Of a stretch of 64,000 nucleotides of DNA, positions 1-10,801 are shown one piece after another. Within the stretch, counting starts at the first letter, position 1. Each line of letters starts with the position of its first letter. Both the position numbers and the translations under genes were made by a program. Source of the stretch: Bigelowiella natans CCMP2755 (Eukaryota; Protista; Cercozoa); contig ADNK01001386.1 in assembly GCA_000320545.1 (NCBI GenBank), positions 186,001 through 250,000 of the forward strand, written 5' to 3'. The notes below the pieces were generated by a model. The model saw only the letters and a list, made by a program, of their open reading frames with translations, made no database searches and was not told the origin of the DNA.

Positions 1-835
1 GCCACTTCTCTGTAGTGAATAAATAGGATGACTCTGTAGCGTTGGAGATGGCTTTGGACGACTTTAGCTTTCACGCCAGCAAAATAAGTGCACAGGCAAT
101 ATTCCTAATAGCAGAGAACGACGGAGAAGACACAAACGACGACAATGATAACAACAATATGTGTCTAAGCAAATATTTGAAGACTTAAAACACGGTGCTG
201 GTTGTCTGAATGAAGTGTTTCGGCGTTTATAAAGTTCCAGAAATAATTTTCGAATATTCATGATATATGCTCATGTGCACACATGAGAAAAGTCAAAGAT
301 TTCATTTTGCAGTTAAATCACGCATAAATTACCTTAAGAAGCCAGCATTTGGGACACTTGTTCGAGGAATAGTTTTTTTTCCACGTGTCCATCTCCTGAT
401 TATAGCATCGATGTAAAAATGTGATACCCAGTGTAACGATAATGAGAAAGGCAAACAATAGCCGCTTGTGCTCATTTCCACATCGACTAACAACGCTGGG
501 AGAAAAGCATTTTCAAGTACGCAGCAAGAAGGCTACCTTCTTAGCAAAGTGGAAAAATTTGAAACGCCCAAACGAACGCTTGAAGGCTTTGCAGGCCTAA
601 GGAAGTTTGGAACATGCTTAAGCTGTTTTCGAGATCGAGAACGTTGTTATCGCCCTCCCCTTCGTTTAAAAGAATCTGCAGTTGGGAGAGTAGAAAATAT
701 TACCATGTGCAGACGGCACAACGACCACGAACCCTCCAACATTTGCATTATGAATCTGACTATCCTTGGATCCCCCAGGGCTCGTAGCGCAAGGATGGAG
801 GTCGCCTGGCCATGTTTAGCAGCCTCGACCTCCAT
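1..835 (-). CDS. Partial multi-exon gene of unknown function, running off the left edge
   Basis: ORF 647-835 (MEVEAAKH...CRLHM) is followed by a GTAAT donor. Two further segments splice in frame by eye (LKHVPNFLRP..., ...QEMDTWKKNYSSNKCPKCWLLK|GTAATT). No recognisable domain; true start uncertain. Confidence 0.3.
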
Positions 836-1879
836 TTTTTAGCATGCCACGGTGTCGTCTCGGAATGTTCGGATGCACCTGTTCTTGTTGTTGTTTGTTG
901 TTGTTGTTGTTGTACTCATTCTGTTCCTCAGAGTTAGATGTTCTTCCGATCAGAAGGGTGTCTTTACTTATAGCTGTGGCAGTCAAGAATGCGACTAGAA
1001 CAACTCACTGTGAACAATTGTCGTTAGGTAGTCAAATGGTGCGATTTTACTTAACTAAACCGTGAACAATGGTTAATGAATACAACAAAATCGGCAAATT
1101 ACCAAAATAAGTTGCTGCTAGATCTAGATCGATAGTGGCTCGTGCCAACCTTGTCTACCAAGTCTGTGTCAACGCTCTCTTCCTTCACCTTTTTTGTGTT
1201 TTTTTTCCTAAAAAAACCTAAAAGAACCAGCCTGCTCGTGCTGGTAACGTTGTCATCCCATTATCTGCTTGTATCAGGAATTGTAATGCCCAATTTCATA
1301 TAAGACTTCAAGATTTCATTGTCTTTGTTGGAGAATAGCATTTGATTTTAGTTCATTCTCGTAAGATTAGTAACCTGTATAATCTTACTTGACTGTTTTT
1401 GTTCACTCTCGTAGTGGCCGTAACTGGATTATCTGACGACGACCCCCTGATCTGATCTGTCTCACTCCGCACAGACCCACTGCTCTGGCTCGCTAAGAGG
1501 AACACGGGGAGGAAGAAGAGGCAACAGATTCCAGAAGACAGACTGCAGATAGAGACTGCAGATAGCAACAGTACCTAGCACTTCCAGTGATTGCTCACGC
1601 CGCGTGTGGGGATAAGGAACCTTGTGGTATATCTATCTCTAGTCGAGACCTCGCAGCAGTTGCCTAGATCCAGAGAGTCTCATGAAGATTGTAATTTTAT
1701 GATTAGAGGGCGGGATGTTGTTGCTTCGTATTTGTTGTTGTACCTCATCCTCCTCCTCCTCCTCCTCCTCCTCCTCCTCCGCCTCCTCCCCTCCTTTTCC
1801 TCTCCCCTTTCGCTGACTGTGTTGGCCAAATTTCTATCTGGTGCTACAGTTCACATATTTGGAAAAAAAGAGATAAAAA

Positions 1880-3827
1880 ATGTCGAAAGGACTCTATATT
1901 GCTACTTTCGATTTTGAGAGTGTTGAGGAAGGCCAATTGAGCATCAAGGAGGGGGATATCATAATCCTCATAGAGAAGGATGACAGGTGAGACTGGACAT
2001 GTAATAGAAAATAGTGATCGAAGAGAACATGAGTATTAATTTCAGAAAATATCTTCTCACTGTCTGATGTTAATTTCATTTGAATTCTCAGCGGTTGGTG
2101 GTTTGGCCGGCAACAAAAGGACCACGAGCAGGAGGGCCTGTTCCCGTTCAACTACGTGGAGCCGTACAAGCCTTCAGCAAAGAAACTAACACCTCCTCCT
2201 CGTCCTAACATTGGTGGAAGCTCTGGCGAACTATCATCAACATCTGCTTCCAAGAAACACCTGTTATTGACAAACAACTCTTCGCAACAACTAAAGTCTC
2301 CTGGGAACTCAAGTGTTGGTAATGTGCTGCGACAGCATAATACGAGCAGTCCTGTATCGACGCAGGACGTGGTTGTTTCGATGGGAAAAGGAGCGGAAAA
2401 AAAGGTGTGTGATTATTATGTGTTGTGGTACTACAACGAAGATATAGAGACTTTAGTATATCGTTATCTCTTCATTCCGTCCTCAGATCTCTATCTCTGT
2501 TGTTGAAATCCATGTTTCCCGAGATATATTCATTACCTCCACCCTTATCACGTAATCCTCTTATGATTTACATCGTAGTTTGTAGCCCGCCCCCCTTCCG
2601 CTCGACCCCCTCCTCTTTCCGGCCCCCACCCCCCCGGTAAAGCTCAGCCAGCCCACCGTCCAGGCTCCCCTAAGACCAAGGCGTTTGAAACCAAAAGCCG
2701 TGCCGAGGGGGGGAAAAAGAAGAAGGATGAACCTGAAACCGTTTTCCGCAAATATGCTCACGTTCAAGTGGCCTATGGATGCTCGATGCTGTGCTTCTTT
2801 CTGGGTATTGGGGGTGTTGTCCTGGGTGGCCACGGCCTTGGGCTATTTTCTCCCGCCTATGAAATCGCCGCAGGAGTCATCGGAGCCATGTACTTCTATC
2901 ATTACAAACAACAAATCAGACAAGTGCATTGTCACTTTACTCATTCCGTTACATCGCGTTTTTCTCGTCTTGGTCATTAGAATACCCCTCTCATGTTGTC
3001 GCTGACATCTTCCTTTCGCTGATACATAATACATACATACATACATACATACATAACATACATACATACAACTTTTGCAAGATACGGACTGTGGTTGTAC
3101 TACCACGAGACGAGAAACGATGGCGCACCATGGGGCTCACAAGCTCCTCTACGTGCAATGCTTTGGATTGCTTCGGGATGTGCTTTTCTTGCCTCCTTTG
3201 CTCTACTGACTGCGGGACTCTCGCTCATAGGAGCAGGTATCACCGACATTGTCGGTTTTTATCGAGGGGAGCAGTACAAGGCGCCCAGGAAGAAAAAGAA
3301 AGTTGTTGAGGAAAAGTCCATGTAAAATCACAACAGCATCATCACCATCTCACCAATATTAGTTTAAGAAGGAGGGAAGAATTCTAATCCCCACAGTGGC
3401 ACTTACCACGATACATACGATGCACACAGACACCGATGCAACAGTACACAAAACGGGAGCCAGTCTGAAACAACAATATCAAAATATTATCCAGGTGTGA
3501 GAAGTTTGAGGAGTGGCTTGCGAAGGAGGTTAAGAAGGGACGGCCTTTTGTCTTCTGCTGCGTCTATATCGGAGCAAACATTGTCGCATGGGTTGTCACT
3601 GCGATCGTATGGTTTGAAATCCTTGGGAAGATGGACGAGGATAAGAGGTTGAGCACCTGGGCTCCCTTTGCAAAGGTTAGGAAAGTCACCGTTCGATGGA
3701 TGTATTCGAATGCGAGTAACTATTATGTGCACTCAAGATGCGTGTTAATTGACCATCAGGCTTTTGGGGCAGTGATCGATATCAATAGTTCGCTCATTCT
3801 CATCCCCCTTTGCCGCACGTAAGCTAC

Positions 3828-3864
<37 letters not shown>

Positions 3865-4536
3865 TAGTAATAGTAGTCATACTGCAAGAAGGCATGTATA
3901 ACGTTACTATTTCTTGGAGGAGGTGATAACGACGCAGCAGGAGTTTATTCTTCAATGTGCATTCAGGTTCCTCCGTATGCTGTACAACGTCGCATCGTCG
4001 GAGGAGAGCTATATTGCTTACGCGCTTCGCTTTGTGTTTTCATGCATCCCTCTCGATAAGAACCATACGATGCATCGTCAACTGGCCAAGTTGACTCTAC
4101 TGGGTGTTGTGGGGCACACTGTCGTCCACTTCATTAACTATTCGATAAAGCCAGAGCAGGTAGTAGCAGCAGCAGCACAGTAGCAGCAGCAGTAGCAGCT
4201 CGAATATGCTATTTCATGAATGAGGCTTCTAGAGACAGACAGCTGCCTTTTTTCAAGGAGCGGGAGCAGCATTGAATAACAAAATAATTATAGTGCAGAG
4301 TGTGTAGAGTTGTAAATACAACACACACACACACACACACATAAGACCAAGTGAAACCAGCAAATTATGATGACAATGGGATGATAATAATGATAATAAT
4401 GAAATGATAATCATAACAACTAGGCGGTAAAACGTTTTGGCCTGTGGCCATTTATTTCGGGTATGACTTTGCTGGTAATCATGGTCTTCATCTATGCTGG
4501 CGGGTAACAATAATATATGTGTTAGCAGCAGCAGCG

Positions 4537-4571
<35 letters not shown>

Positions 4572-4915
4572 TGGAGTCATACTGAAACAATAGCATATCA
4601 TTGTCATCCTTTCCCCCTTCCTTGCCGGGCAAATCTTTGCTCTTCTTCCTTCGTTTTGGTGGTACGATGACGATTATTCATCGTATTATCATAGATTCGA
4701 GATTGTGAAACGAGGGACCTTTGAGATATTCTGGTACAGCCATCACCTATTCATCCTGTACTTTCTGCTCATCCTCGTGCATGGAAATGGCGGATGGAAC
4801 CCCAACTTCTGGAAGTATCTTCTCATTCCTGGCTTCTTTTACCTCTCGGAGCGAATTCTTCGGGATTGTTTCCGTGCTAAGAATAGCGTAAAGGTACTGC
4901 TACTGCTGCTGCTGT

Positions 4916-4949
<34 letters not shown>

Positions 4950-6208
4950 GTGGTGTAGCAAGCGGTAGATTGTGATGAAACACACGCCATCAAACGCCAC
5001 CAAGAATTAACGCGTCCGATCGCTTTTGAGGGTTTCTTCAATATCATCACCAATATCCAAAGGTAATGAGCGTGATGACAATGGAGCCGCGCCTGATTTC
5101 GCTTGAGTTCGATAAGAAATCCGCCTTCTACAACGGTTTCAAGGAGGGGATGTACGTCTTTATCAACGCTCCAAGCATCCGAAAGTAATGATTAAGTTAT
5201 GGCCATGTTCTCTTCTTGCTTTCATTACCAATTACCCCAAACTTGTTTCACAGTCCAAAAAAAGGTGCCTTGGGCACAAAACATCGACTGTTATTAGTCT
5301 CTTTGTTAATTCCTCCTTTTAACTGACGAAAATGGCCACAGAACAACCGATCATCATCGACTTTGTTCTCAATACATCTTCTCCGATTTGCCCTCTTCGC
5401 TATTCCGATGTTACGATAGACTTTGTCATATTGCCATATTTGAAGATCTAGTAAGTTGCTCATGAATGCTGTCTTCCTTCCTTCTAGTGATGTGAGCGCC
5501 TCATCCTCCTTCCTCTGCTTATATTATTATTATTATTTGTTGTTGTTGTTGTTGTTGTTGTTGTTATTGCCTTGTTTGTTTTGAAGGTACGAGTGGCATC
5601 CGTTCACAATCTCAAGCCCTCCCCACAAGGACACTTTTACCGTTCATATTCAAACACAGGGAGCGAATAGGTGGTGGACCACAACTACTGTGTGCTATCA
5701 TATCCGTCATAACTTCATATACAAACTTTTGAGTTCTTTTAACCTTCCTCCCCTTCCCCTCCCCTCCATCGTCTTCACGCATCTCCAGTTGGACGTTGGC
5801 AGTCAAGGAGTACATGTTATCTCTTGGGCCTAAGGGCGCTGCTTCTTTCGAGCTCACCTCTCGACAACAGGATGGTGTTATGGGGCCGGGCAGAGTACGT
5901 AGAAATCCATCACCAATCCAGATATTTGCGCTGTTCATTTTCTTCCTCTGTATTATTCTTTGTTTCCAAGCTGTGATTTGGTGATGATGATAGTTGTTGT
6001 ATCTGATCCATTTATTGCACGAATTACCACAGGTTTTGGGCCCAGATGGCAACCAGCTTTTCTTGATTGATGGCCCTCACTCAGCGCCTACGCAGCACAT
6101 GACGGAGTACGACCATGTTCTCGTAGCTGGAGCAGGAATTGGCCTCACCCCTGTCGCGGCGTGCGTTCAAAGCGTAGTCTTCCATCGGTGGCATTTCAGG
6201 TCACTCCC

Positions 6209-6242
<34 letters not shown>

Positions 6243-7100
6243 CCCCATGATGATGATAACGAAGATTTTTTAATGCTTTATAATTGACAATTCTCCACAT
6301 GTGCTGCCTTTGAACAGTGTGGGTAAATGCTACCCGTCCCATGCGCACTTTGCATGGGTTGTCTCGCACCGCGATGTCCGTGCGTATCGGTGGTTTGTGT
6401 CGCTGCTCAAAGACGTTCAGGACTGCGTGGTCAACATGCGGAAGAAGTCGGCCGAATCGATGAAGACGAAGACATTCAAGTTTCATATCTACGTCACATC
6501 GGTATTTGTTACTTGTGTTTGTATTAGTCTACTACCGACGTTCGTTGTTCCTTCAAGAGTAAATGTGTAAATTTGGGCTATTGTCTTGTCGCCTTAGGCT
6601 CCGAAGGATTTGAATGAGGCAAAAGAATTTGCAGGTCTTGAGTCAAGCGAAAAGAGCGACCCCAACTTCTGGGGAATTCCTGCCCCAGAATCGAAAGTGA
6701 TCGTGGAGCATGCAAACTTCAGCAAGATGGACCTTTACAAAGCTCTCTTGGCTCCGAAAAAGGAACAGCAACTTGGTGATATTTGCATCTACAGGTCAGC
6801 TGAACTTAAGATGAAAGAGAAGTCGGAATGGTGGTGAGGACGGCGGGAATAAATAGAGATTGAGAATCAACAAATCAAAAGCTTCGTGTAGGTCAAAAGG
6901 CCGCTTGATAATTTTTTCCCTTTACACAGTGGGCGACCAAAGTGGGATCCTCGTTTCGAAGAGATATCTAAGCTGCATCGTGGCGAAAAGTCGGTGTCAT
7001 GTTCTGCGGAAACCGCTTTGTCGCCGCGGCCTTGAAAGACGCATGTAGAAAGCATTCGGAAGGCCCAACATCGTTCACATTGCACAAGGAAAACTTCTAA
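1880..7100 (+). CDS. NOX: NADPH oxidase (NOX2/gp91phox-like, no EF-hands) fused to an N-terminal SH3 domain, proline-rich linker and p22phox-like membrane domain; about 16 exons
   Basis: Exons 1880-1986 and 2092-2404 give an SH3 (LYIATFDFESVEEGQLSIKEGDIIILIEKDDSGWWFG...EGLFPFNYVE). Exons 2579-2889 and 3082-3321 give a p22phox-like TM region ending RGEQY. From 3495: NOX TM1-2 (AFGAVIDINSSLILIPLCRT), heme His pairs (LDKNHTMHRQLAKLTLLGVVGHTVVHFIN; FEIFWYSHHLFILYFLLILVHG), FAD motif EWHPFTISS, NADPH motifs IDGPH, GAGIGLTP, GRPKW, GVMFCG, and terminal HKENF*. All junctions are GT-AG and in frame. Confidence 0.92.
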
Positions 7101-7225
7101 AGCTCCAATTGGTTCTTCTATTCACGGGGACATGTTCATATTTGCAAGTCTAGAGTGCTCATGATCTCATTGACGTTGTTGCATCATGCAATGGCGCAGT
7201 AAATTGTCAGTCAAAATGGTGGAAT

Positions 7226-7308
7226 TATAGACATGTAATATCATATATATAATATATATGCTGATACTTATTATAGACATGTAATATCATATATATAATA
7301 TATATGCT
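7226..7308. repeat. Short direct duplication (~37 bp x2) downstream of NOX
   Basis: ttatagacatgtaatatcatatatataatatatatgct occurs at ~7226 and ~7272. Confidence 0.8.
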
Positions 7309-8244
7309 ATTACTGTGTCTATTATTGGAAAGTGCCGACATGCTAGCAAGCGCTTGTGTTTGCTGCTAGGCTGTGCAAAGCTACAAAAGCGCGTCCCTTG
7401 ATGTGATCATGCCTAGGGTGTGGAAGCACTGTTTGTATAAATGATGGCTGCTCGCGTCCTATAGCATGTTCCTTCTACGATATACATGTGCGCTGCTTCG
7501 ACCGTAACAATATGATGATTTTCGCGCATGCTAGCATGGAATGATGTGCAAACATTGTTTAGCATTATTATTATTGCATCAGCTAGTAAATCTCTACTAA
7601 TGTGCTTGATTAGTAAGTAGTATTGCGTTGGTATTCGGTCGAGCGGTTTAAAGTGCAAAGACACATGGTTTATTATAGACACGATAAGTCTGCTACAATA
7701 GATTTCACATACATAGTGATATCATGTTTTTACCGCTGTTATTAGTCTTCCCTGCATGTACAAGATGCAGCGACAGTACAGTTCGCTATGCCGTGCAAAT
7801 CATTTAACATGGATGAACAGCATGCATATATTTGTGCATGTACAAACAAGATATTTATGCCTAAATCATGAAATGCGTGCAGATGCTGCTTGATTGTAAG
7901 AAACCTGTATTACCCATAGTAAACTCTAATTATCAGTGTATAACTAACAACACATAGCGTAACAGTTTTTTATTTAAATATGAACATAACAGCACAAGTA
8001 GATGATGGAAGATGTACTGTGATATTCTTTTATACTCTTTACAAATGTCGTCCATGAAACACTACCGCCTCGCTATCATACTTCCAATAGATGCCCAAAC
8101 GCAGCAGCAACTAAACTCCAATACACTTGCAAGCTGTCATTGCTGGTTAGGCAGTGGCGACACCCGCCGTTTGGCAATATTCGGACGGACGGTAGAAGCA
8201 GCAATGAAGATCGACTTGATAGTGACACACAGTAGTGCAGATAT

Positions 8245-9954
8245 TTAAGGAAGTGAGTTGACAAGCTTAGCCAATTTGTCATAGTTAGGTGTTCCAAGTC
8301 CAGTTACAGGATCCCAGCCTTTGCTTGCAGGGAACCCTCGAGGCCCGCACCCTTCTCCCGCTTCGTTCGCACCGTCAGTTATGTCCATGAAGGCCCCCGC
8401 GTTCTTGTAAAAGAGCGGGTTTAGAAATCCCAGCGTAGGTTTGTTTTGCTTGAGACGCAAGTCGTTGAGGAGGGTTACGACTCCGCTGAATGTAGGACAT
8501 GCGCAGCTTGTGCCATCGACTGATTGGATCACACCGAAATCAACCACTTGGAAGTTGGTGGCCTGTGCGGCCACATCCGGGAATCCTGCTCCAGTTTGAT
8601 TAAAATGGCTAGCATCCGGGAGACGACGTTTTGAAACACTATCGAAGTACTCAGACACCGCGGATCTCTGATAGTCAGGTCGATCCCATACGTCAGAGAA
8701 TCCTCCTGCAGAGCCGCTCCACGCCGTCTCATCATCGACATAATCACCAAGTGTGGTCCCTCCAACACCTGTTACCCACGGCGACCCAGCGGGCCATTGG
8801 CCTTGAAACCTGGATTTAGGGCATGTGCCATCGTCAGTTGCTACTCCATAGTCCCCCGTCGCGAACAGAAGAGAAATCCCACGTGCAGCAGCTTTCTGGA
8901 ACTCGACATTTATGCGGTGCATGTACGCTGAAGAGACACTGTGTTCTGGCTCTCCATAGGACGTTGAGAAGACTTTGGGGACATCTGCATCTGACGTGTT
9001 ACCCACAAGGTAGATCCACTTCAAGAAAGGCTCGTTTTCAGGATTATCAGGAGCGCGTCCGGAGAAGCTCCAAAACTCTGTGTTAACGCCTCCCCCGATG
9101 GCGGTGATGTATTGTATGTCAAGACTAGCCTCCACTCCGGCCTCTCCATCGTTTGGTCCCACCACTTTGATCTTCTGACCTTTTGCTTCAGGATAAAAGT
9201 CCTTCCAAAATTTGTCAAGATCATTTTGACTGTAGTATTGCTCAAGGAACGCTGTGCATGCCTGCTTGCCTAGATCCCCTTCCACTTTTCCAATCTTATA
9301 CAGCTTTCGAAGACTGTCGGGGGTGTTATCGTCTTCTTCATCTTGTGCGCTTTGACCTTTTCTAGTGATCATACTACGGCGGGAATGGCGGATATATGGT
9401 TGGGGAGAAGGAAACCGCACAGTCGGGGAGATGAAGTCCACACTCGCAGATACATCATGAGGTAGGGAGTAATGAGGTGTCCTCAGCACCGTCACATTGG
9501 ATTTCAGATGCTTGTAGTAAAAATACTTGGCAGATAAGAGATTTTCAGCATGAGTAACAGTTGTGAGGCACTTGATGAAATCGTGGTTTGAGGTTGATTC
9601 ACAATCTGTGATGTTATTAGATTCAAGATGGGACATGACGACGGATACTGAGTCCGGAGCCGGAGCGATGAGCTCGTTCACTTGCTCCAGCGTCAGGTGT
9701 TCTCCATAGGCCATCGATTCGGGATCTGAGGTTGCAAGTACCATTTCTTCGAGGAGATGCTTGTCAGTTTGCTTTACTGCAACAATGATCTCGAGCGGTT
9801 CTTCAGCCTTGGCCCTCCCAATCTGCTTCCATTGCCAGCTTGGAGGCCCTTGAACATCTGATTCATGAAAAATGCGCACCTCCGGCCTCGCTAATGTAAC
9901 GCTAGTAAAAACTCCAAAGATCGCAGCTAATAAATGTGAACAATAGGTTGGCAT
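8245..9954 (-). CDS. TPP1: Tripeptidyl-peptidase I / sedolisin (peptidase S53) with signal peptide and pro-kumamolisin prodomain; intronless
   Basis: Likely start MPTYCSHLLAAIFGVFTSVTLA (signal peptide). Prodomain SDPESMAYGEHLTLEQV; catalytic EASLD, SYG, ATGDYG, GFPDVAAQ, GTSCACP (Ser); Ca-site GWDPVTGLGTPNY. Confidence 0.95.
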   Translation of the reverse strand: MPTYCSHLLAAIFGVFTSVTLARPEVRIFHESDVQGPPSWQWKQIGRAKAEEPLEIIVAVKQTDKHLLEEMVLATSDPESMAYGEHLTLEQVNELIAPAPDSVSVVMSHLESNNITDCESTSNHDFIKCLTTVTHAENLLSAKYFYYKHLKSNVTVLRTPHYSLPHDVSASVDFISPTVRFPSPQPYIRHSRRSMITRKGQSAQDEEDDNTPDSLRKLYKIGKVEGDLGKQACTAFLEQYYSQNDLDKFWKDFYPEAKGQKIKVVGPNDGEAGVEASLDIQYITAIGGGVNTEFWSFSGRAPDNPENEPFLKWIYLVGNTSDADVPKVFSTSYGEPEHSVSSAYMHRINVEFQKAAARGISLLFATGDYGVATDDGTCPKSRFQGQWPAGSPWVTGVGGTTLGDYVDDETAWSGSAGGFSDVWDRPDYQRSAVSEYFDSVSKRRLPDASHFNQTGAGFPDVAAQATNFQVVDFGVIQSVDGTSCACPTFSGVVTLLNDLRLKQNKPTLGFLNPLFYKNAGAFMDITDGANEAGEGCGPRGFPASKGWDPVTGLGTPNYDKLAKLVNSLP

Positions 9955-10456
9955 GGTGGGCACGGGGGGGATGGGACGCAAATCTCTATCCCTAGCTGCT
10001 TCGTGCCTCGAACAATGATGGTGGCAGTGGTCTACCTCGTACGTACCTTTAGTCAGGATCAAAGCGATAGATCGGTTGTCGCAAAGGAGAAAAGGGACTC
10101 ATTTCTTTGGTAGTCGCAGTACTCAAACTGCTGTGGTGCAAACCAACAACCCAACAACAACGACACCCAAGAAGGAACGGAAGGAAGAAGACCCTCCTCC
10201 TCCTCCTCCTCCTCCTCCTCCTCCTCCTCCTCTTTTTCTCTTCTCTCATCACCCTTCCCTTCTTCATTCTCCGTTTTCCTACCCTCGTTTCTGTATTTTG
10301 CTTCGTATTCTATCAAGTCGGGAGGAAGGGCGGCACAGGTTGGTTATTTCCAAGAGTACGAATGAACATTTCCACGTTGGATTAAGCATGTTTTCATATT
10401 TCATCATCTCTATTGATTTAGTTTCGTCCTACAGCTTTGTCAGTCCCCTTCTTCTC

Positions 10457-10801
10457 CTACGAGTTCGAAATGAGTGAGCAGAAAGAGAGGAAGAACAACG
10501 GCCTGAAGTATAAGGAAGAAAGCGCTCGACCTGTTTCAGGCCATCTCTTTCAAAATGCCCGACCTGTTTCAGGCCATCTCTTTCAAAATGCCCGACCTGT
10601 TTCAAGCCATCTCTTTCAAAATGCCCGACCCATTTCAAGCCATCCCCTTCAAAATGCACGAGAGGAACAAGCTTCTAACTACGAGTTCGAAATGAGTGAG
10701 CCGAAAGAGAGGAAGAACAACGGCCCGAAGTATAAGGAAGAAAGCGCCCGACCCGTTTCAAGCCATCCCCCTCAAAATGCACGAGAGGAACAAGCTTCTA
10801 A
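10457..10801 (+). repeat. Nested tandem repeat: a 123-bp block duplicated, the first copy carrying four 33-bp units
   Basis: Unit gcccgacctgtttcaggccatctctttcaaaat at ~10524, 10557, 10590, 10623 and 10746. The head ctacgagttcgaaatgagtgagc occurs at 10457 and 10679. Encodes ARPVS(G/S)H(L/P)(F/L/P)QN. Confidence 0.9.

Noticed and set aside
2929-3010. 'SLEYP' in ORF 2929-3309, resembling p22phox LLEYP
   Set aside because: It lies inside the inferred intron 2890-3081, in a different frame from the RGEQY exon; treated as coincidence unless cDNA shows an extra exon.
10524-10778. 33-bp repeats as a CRISPR array
   Set aside because: Units are head-to-tail without unique spacers, are in frame within an ORF, and the context is eukaryotic with no cas genes.
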